From the NCBI RefSeq assembly GCF_004010195.1, contig NC_057719.1:95255672-95297097 (forward strand): DNA of 41,426 bases, written 5' to 3'. The notes under the pieces are model-generated. The model saw nothing but the letters and a program-made list of their open reading frames with translations, was not told the origin of the DNA and did not search any database. The stretch is from Chiloscyllium plagiosum. Taxonomy: Eukaryota. This document shows positions 37,924-41,426 of this stretch, piece after piece. Position numbers and translations under genes: made by a program. Each line of letters begins with the position of its first letter. Position 1 is the first letter of the stretch.

Positions 37924-38766
37924 ACAAGACTTTCACTGTCTACCCTATCTAATCCTCTGATCATCTTGTATGTCTCTAACAAATCCTCTCAGCCTTCTTC
38001 TTGCCAATGAGAACACATTCAAGTCTCTCAGTCTTTCCTCATAAGACCTTCCCTCCAGACCAGGCAACATCCTGGTAAATCTCCTCTGCTCCTTTTCCAA
38101 TGCTTCCATATCCTTCCCAAAATATGGGGACCAGAACAGTACACAATATTCCAAATGTGGCCACACCAGTGTTTTGTATAGTTACAGCATGATATTGCGG
38201 CTCCGGAACTCAATCCCTCTACCAATGAAACCTAACACACCGTATGCCTTCTTAACAGCACTATCCATCTGGGTGGCAACTTTCAGGGATCTATGTACAT
38301 GGACTCCAAGATCCCTCTGCACAACCACACTACCAAGAATCTTTCCATTGACCCAGTACTCTGCCTTCCTGTTATTCTTCCCAAAGTGCATCACCTCACA
38401 TTTAGCTGCATTGAACTCCATTTGCCACCTCTCAGCCCAGTTCTGCAGTTTATCCAAGTCCCCCCGCAACCTGTAACATTCTTCCAAACTGTCCACTACT
38501 CCACCGACTTTGGTGTCGTCTGCAAATTTACTAATCCATCCACCTATGCCTGTGTCTAAGTAATTGGTAAAAATGACAAACAGCAGTGGTCCCAAAACAG
38601 ATCCTTGTGGCACACCACTAGTAACCAAACTCCAGGCTGAATATTTTCCATCAACCACCACTCACTGCCTTCTTTCAGAAAGCCAGTTTCTAATCCAAAC
38701 TGCTGAATTACCCTTAATTCCATGCCTCTGCATTTTCTCCAACAGCCTACCATGTGGAACCTTACT

Positions 38767-39084
38767 GGGCGGCACGGTGGCACAGTGGTTAGCACTGCTG
38801 CCTCACAGCACCAGAGACCTGGGTTCAACTCCCGCCTTAGGCGACTCTCTGTGTGGAGTTTGCACATTCTCCCCGTGTTTGCGTGGGTTTACTCTGGGTT
38901 TCCGGTTTCCTCCCACAATCCAAAAATGTGCAGGTTAGGTGAATTGGCCAGGCTAAATTGCCTGTAGTGTTAGGTGAAGGGGTAAATGTAGGAATATGGG
39001 TCTGGGTGGTATACGCTTCGGCGGGTCGGTGTGGACTTGTTGGGCCGAAGGGCCTGTTTCCACACTGTAAGTAATCTAATTTAA
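38767..39084 (+). mobile_element. tRNA-derived SINE (HE1-type)
   Basis: gggcggcacggtggcacagtggttagc, gggttcaactcc and taatc tail. It interrupts the CR1 RT at AFDK/VPHG. Confidence 0.92.
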
Positions 39085-40818
39085 TCTTATCAAAAGCTTT
39101 ACTAAAGTCCATGTATAGCACGTCAACTGCCCTACCCTCATCTACATGCTTGGTCACCTTCTCAAAAAACTCAGTGAGGTTTGTGAGACACGACCTGCCA
39201 TGGACGAAACCATGTTGACTATCTGAAGTCAAATTGTTGCTTGCTAGATGATTATAAATCTTATCTCTTATAATCCTTTCCAAAACCTTTCCTACAACAG
39301 AAGTAAGGGTCACTGGTCTATAATTACCTGGGTCATCTCTGCTGCCCTTCTTGAACAAGGGCACAACATTTGCAATCCTCCAGTCCTCTGGTACTAAACC
39401 TATAGACAATGACAACTCAAATATCAAAACCAAAGGCTCTGCTAGCTCCTCCCTAGCTTCCCAGAGAACCCTCAGATAAATCCCATCCGGCCCAGGGAAC
39501 TTGTCTACTTTCACTCCTTCTAAAATTAATAACACCTGTTCATAACTAAACTCAATCCTTTCTAGTCTAATATTTCATACCTCATTCTTCTCCTCTACAA
39601 TATTCTCCTTTTCCTGAGTGAAAACTGATGAGAAATGTTCAGTTAGCACCTCTCCGATCTCCACAGGGTCCACACTCAACTTCCCACTTCTGTCTTTGAC
39701 TGGCCCTATTCCTACCCTAATCATCCTTTTATTCCTCACGTACCTATTGAAAGCTTTAGGGTTCTCCTTTATTCTATTTGCTAAAGACTGCTCGTGTCCT
39801 CTCTTTGCTCTTCTTAACCCTTTCTTTAAATCCTTCCTAGCTGATCTGTAACTCTCCATCACCTCAACTGAACCATCCTGTCTCATCAACATATAAGCCT
39901 CCTTCTTCTGCTTAACAAGAGATATAATTTCTGTCATAAACCACGGTTCCCTTACCTTATCACTTCCTCCCTGCCTGACAGGGACATACCTATCAACGAC
40001 ATGCAATATCTGTTCCTTAAACCAGTTCCACATTTCCATTTTCTGCATCCCCTGCATTTTGCTACCCCATTCTATGCATCCTAATTCCTGCCTAATTGCA
40101 TTATAATTGCCTTTGCCCCATCGATAACTCTTGAGCTGTGGCATGTACCTATCCCTTTCCATCGCTAAACTAAACGTAACTGAATTATGGTCACTTTCTC
40201 CAAAGTGCTCACCTACAACTCAATCAAACACCTGGCCTGGCCTGGTTCATTACCAAGCACCAGATCCGGTGTGACCTCCCCTCTTGTCGGCCCTTCGACA
40301 TACTGTGTCAGGAAACCCTCCTGTACACATTGGACAAAAACTGATCCATCTAACGTACTGGAGCTATAGCATTTCCAGTCAATGTTGGGAAGTTAAAGTC
40401 CCCCATAATGACCACCCTGTTCCTTTCACTCCTACTCAGAATAATTTTGCCTATCCTCTACTCCACCTCCCTGGAACTCTGCGGAGGCCTATAAAAAACT
40501 TCAAGCAGTGTGACCTCTCCTCTCCTGTTTCTAACCTCTGCCCACACTACCTCAGTAGACGAGTCCTCATCAAACATTCTCTCAGCCACCGTTATACTAT
40601 CCTTGACTAACAAGGCCACACCTCCCCCTCTTTTATGGCCTTGCCTGTTTTTAATGAAAGATCTAAATCTTGGAACCTGCAACATCCATTCCTCACCCTA
40701 CTCTATCCATGTCCTCAAAATGGCCACAACATCGAAGTCCCAGGTACCTATCCATGCTGCAAGCTCACCTACCTTATTTCGGATACTTCTGGCATTGAAA
40801 TAGACACACTTCAAACCA

Positions 40819-41426
40819 GTTTTTTCGCAGCAGAGAGCGACGGGAGCTGGGTGGAAGTTCAGGCGGAGCACAAAGCCGGTCAGGAAGGTAAGTGATTGCT
40901 ATATAAAGAAGTTACCTCGACGCCAACGGTCTTTTCGCAGCAGAGAGCAGCAGGGGCTGGACAGAAGTTCAGGCGGAGCGCAAAGCCGGTCGGGAAGGTA
41001 AGTGATTGCTATTAGAGTGGGTGAGTTCTAAACCCCAGGTCCTACAAAGTAGGGTCTCCCTCCCTCCCTCCTCCTCTAACCTAAATTAAGAGTCCACAGA
41101 CTTGCCACAAAAAGACGGTCTAAGGGAAGTTTGGATCGAAGAGTGAGGCTTCAGCTCAGGAATCTTTGACAAGGAGGTTGTGTGAAGTGATTACACCACA
41201 GTTGAAGAGGGTGAAATCATGACTGCCCAGCTGGTTCAGTGCGTTACGCACTTGATGTGGGAGGTCAACGACTCTGGTGTGTCTGGCTCGTACATGTGTG
41301 GAAAGTGTGTGCACATTCAGCTATTGACCGAGCATATTGCAGCGCTGACGAAAGAACTCGAAGACCTTAGGCTCATCCGAGAGAACGAGATCTTTCTGGA
41401 CAAGACCTTCAGCGAGGTTATTACAC
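40819..41426 (+). mobile_element. CR1 LINE 5' UTR with tandem monomers plus start of ORF1 (runs off the window)
   Basis: 110-bp period repeat at 40821 and 40931. ATG at 41219 opens MTAQLVQCVTHLMWEV..YMCGKCVHIQLLTEHIAALTKELEDLRLIRENE, a zinc-finger and leucine-zipper pattern typical of CR1 ORF1p. Confidence 0.82.

Larger units (their letters stand above)
37345..40818 (-). mobile_element. CR1 LINE, near-complete degenerate ORF2 with two nested SINEs
   Basis: GLKCVYFNA at about 40818, [41 protein letters not shown] and GRFFTQRVVRVWN. ttctatg tail at 37345. Confidence 0.93.

Overview
This is eukaryotic, repeat-dense DNA. The repeat families look like those of a cartilaginous fish, most likely a carpet shark (inference, from HE1-type tRNA SINEs, CR1/HER1-type LINEs and shark-type Penelope-like elements). 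The only host gene I recognise is an intronless, 5'-truncated but open HAUS2-like reading frame (19725-20147, minus strand), probably a retrocopy. The rest is mostly nested mobile DNA: many CR1 LINE fragments, a Rex1/Babar-type LINE, older CR1/L2-type fragments, about seven SINEs, Poseidon- and Neptune-type Penelope-like elements (PLEs) and minisatellites. The most notable pattern is a set of short non-coding PLE-terminus insertions. They carry minimal hammerhead ribozyme cores, are often inverted dimers, share a fixed breakpoint and a roughly 35-nt one-sided tail, and are flanked by 13-16 bp target-site duplications (TSDs). There is also a head-to-head CR1 junction at about 40818 whose geometry fits a twin-priming inversion. 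An assembly gap lies at 17044-17329. Family assignments rest on motif recognition only; no searches were run.
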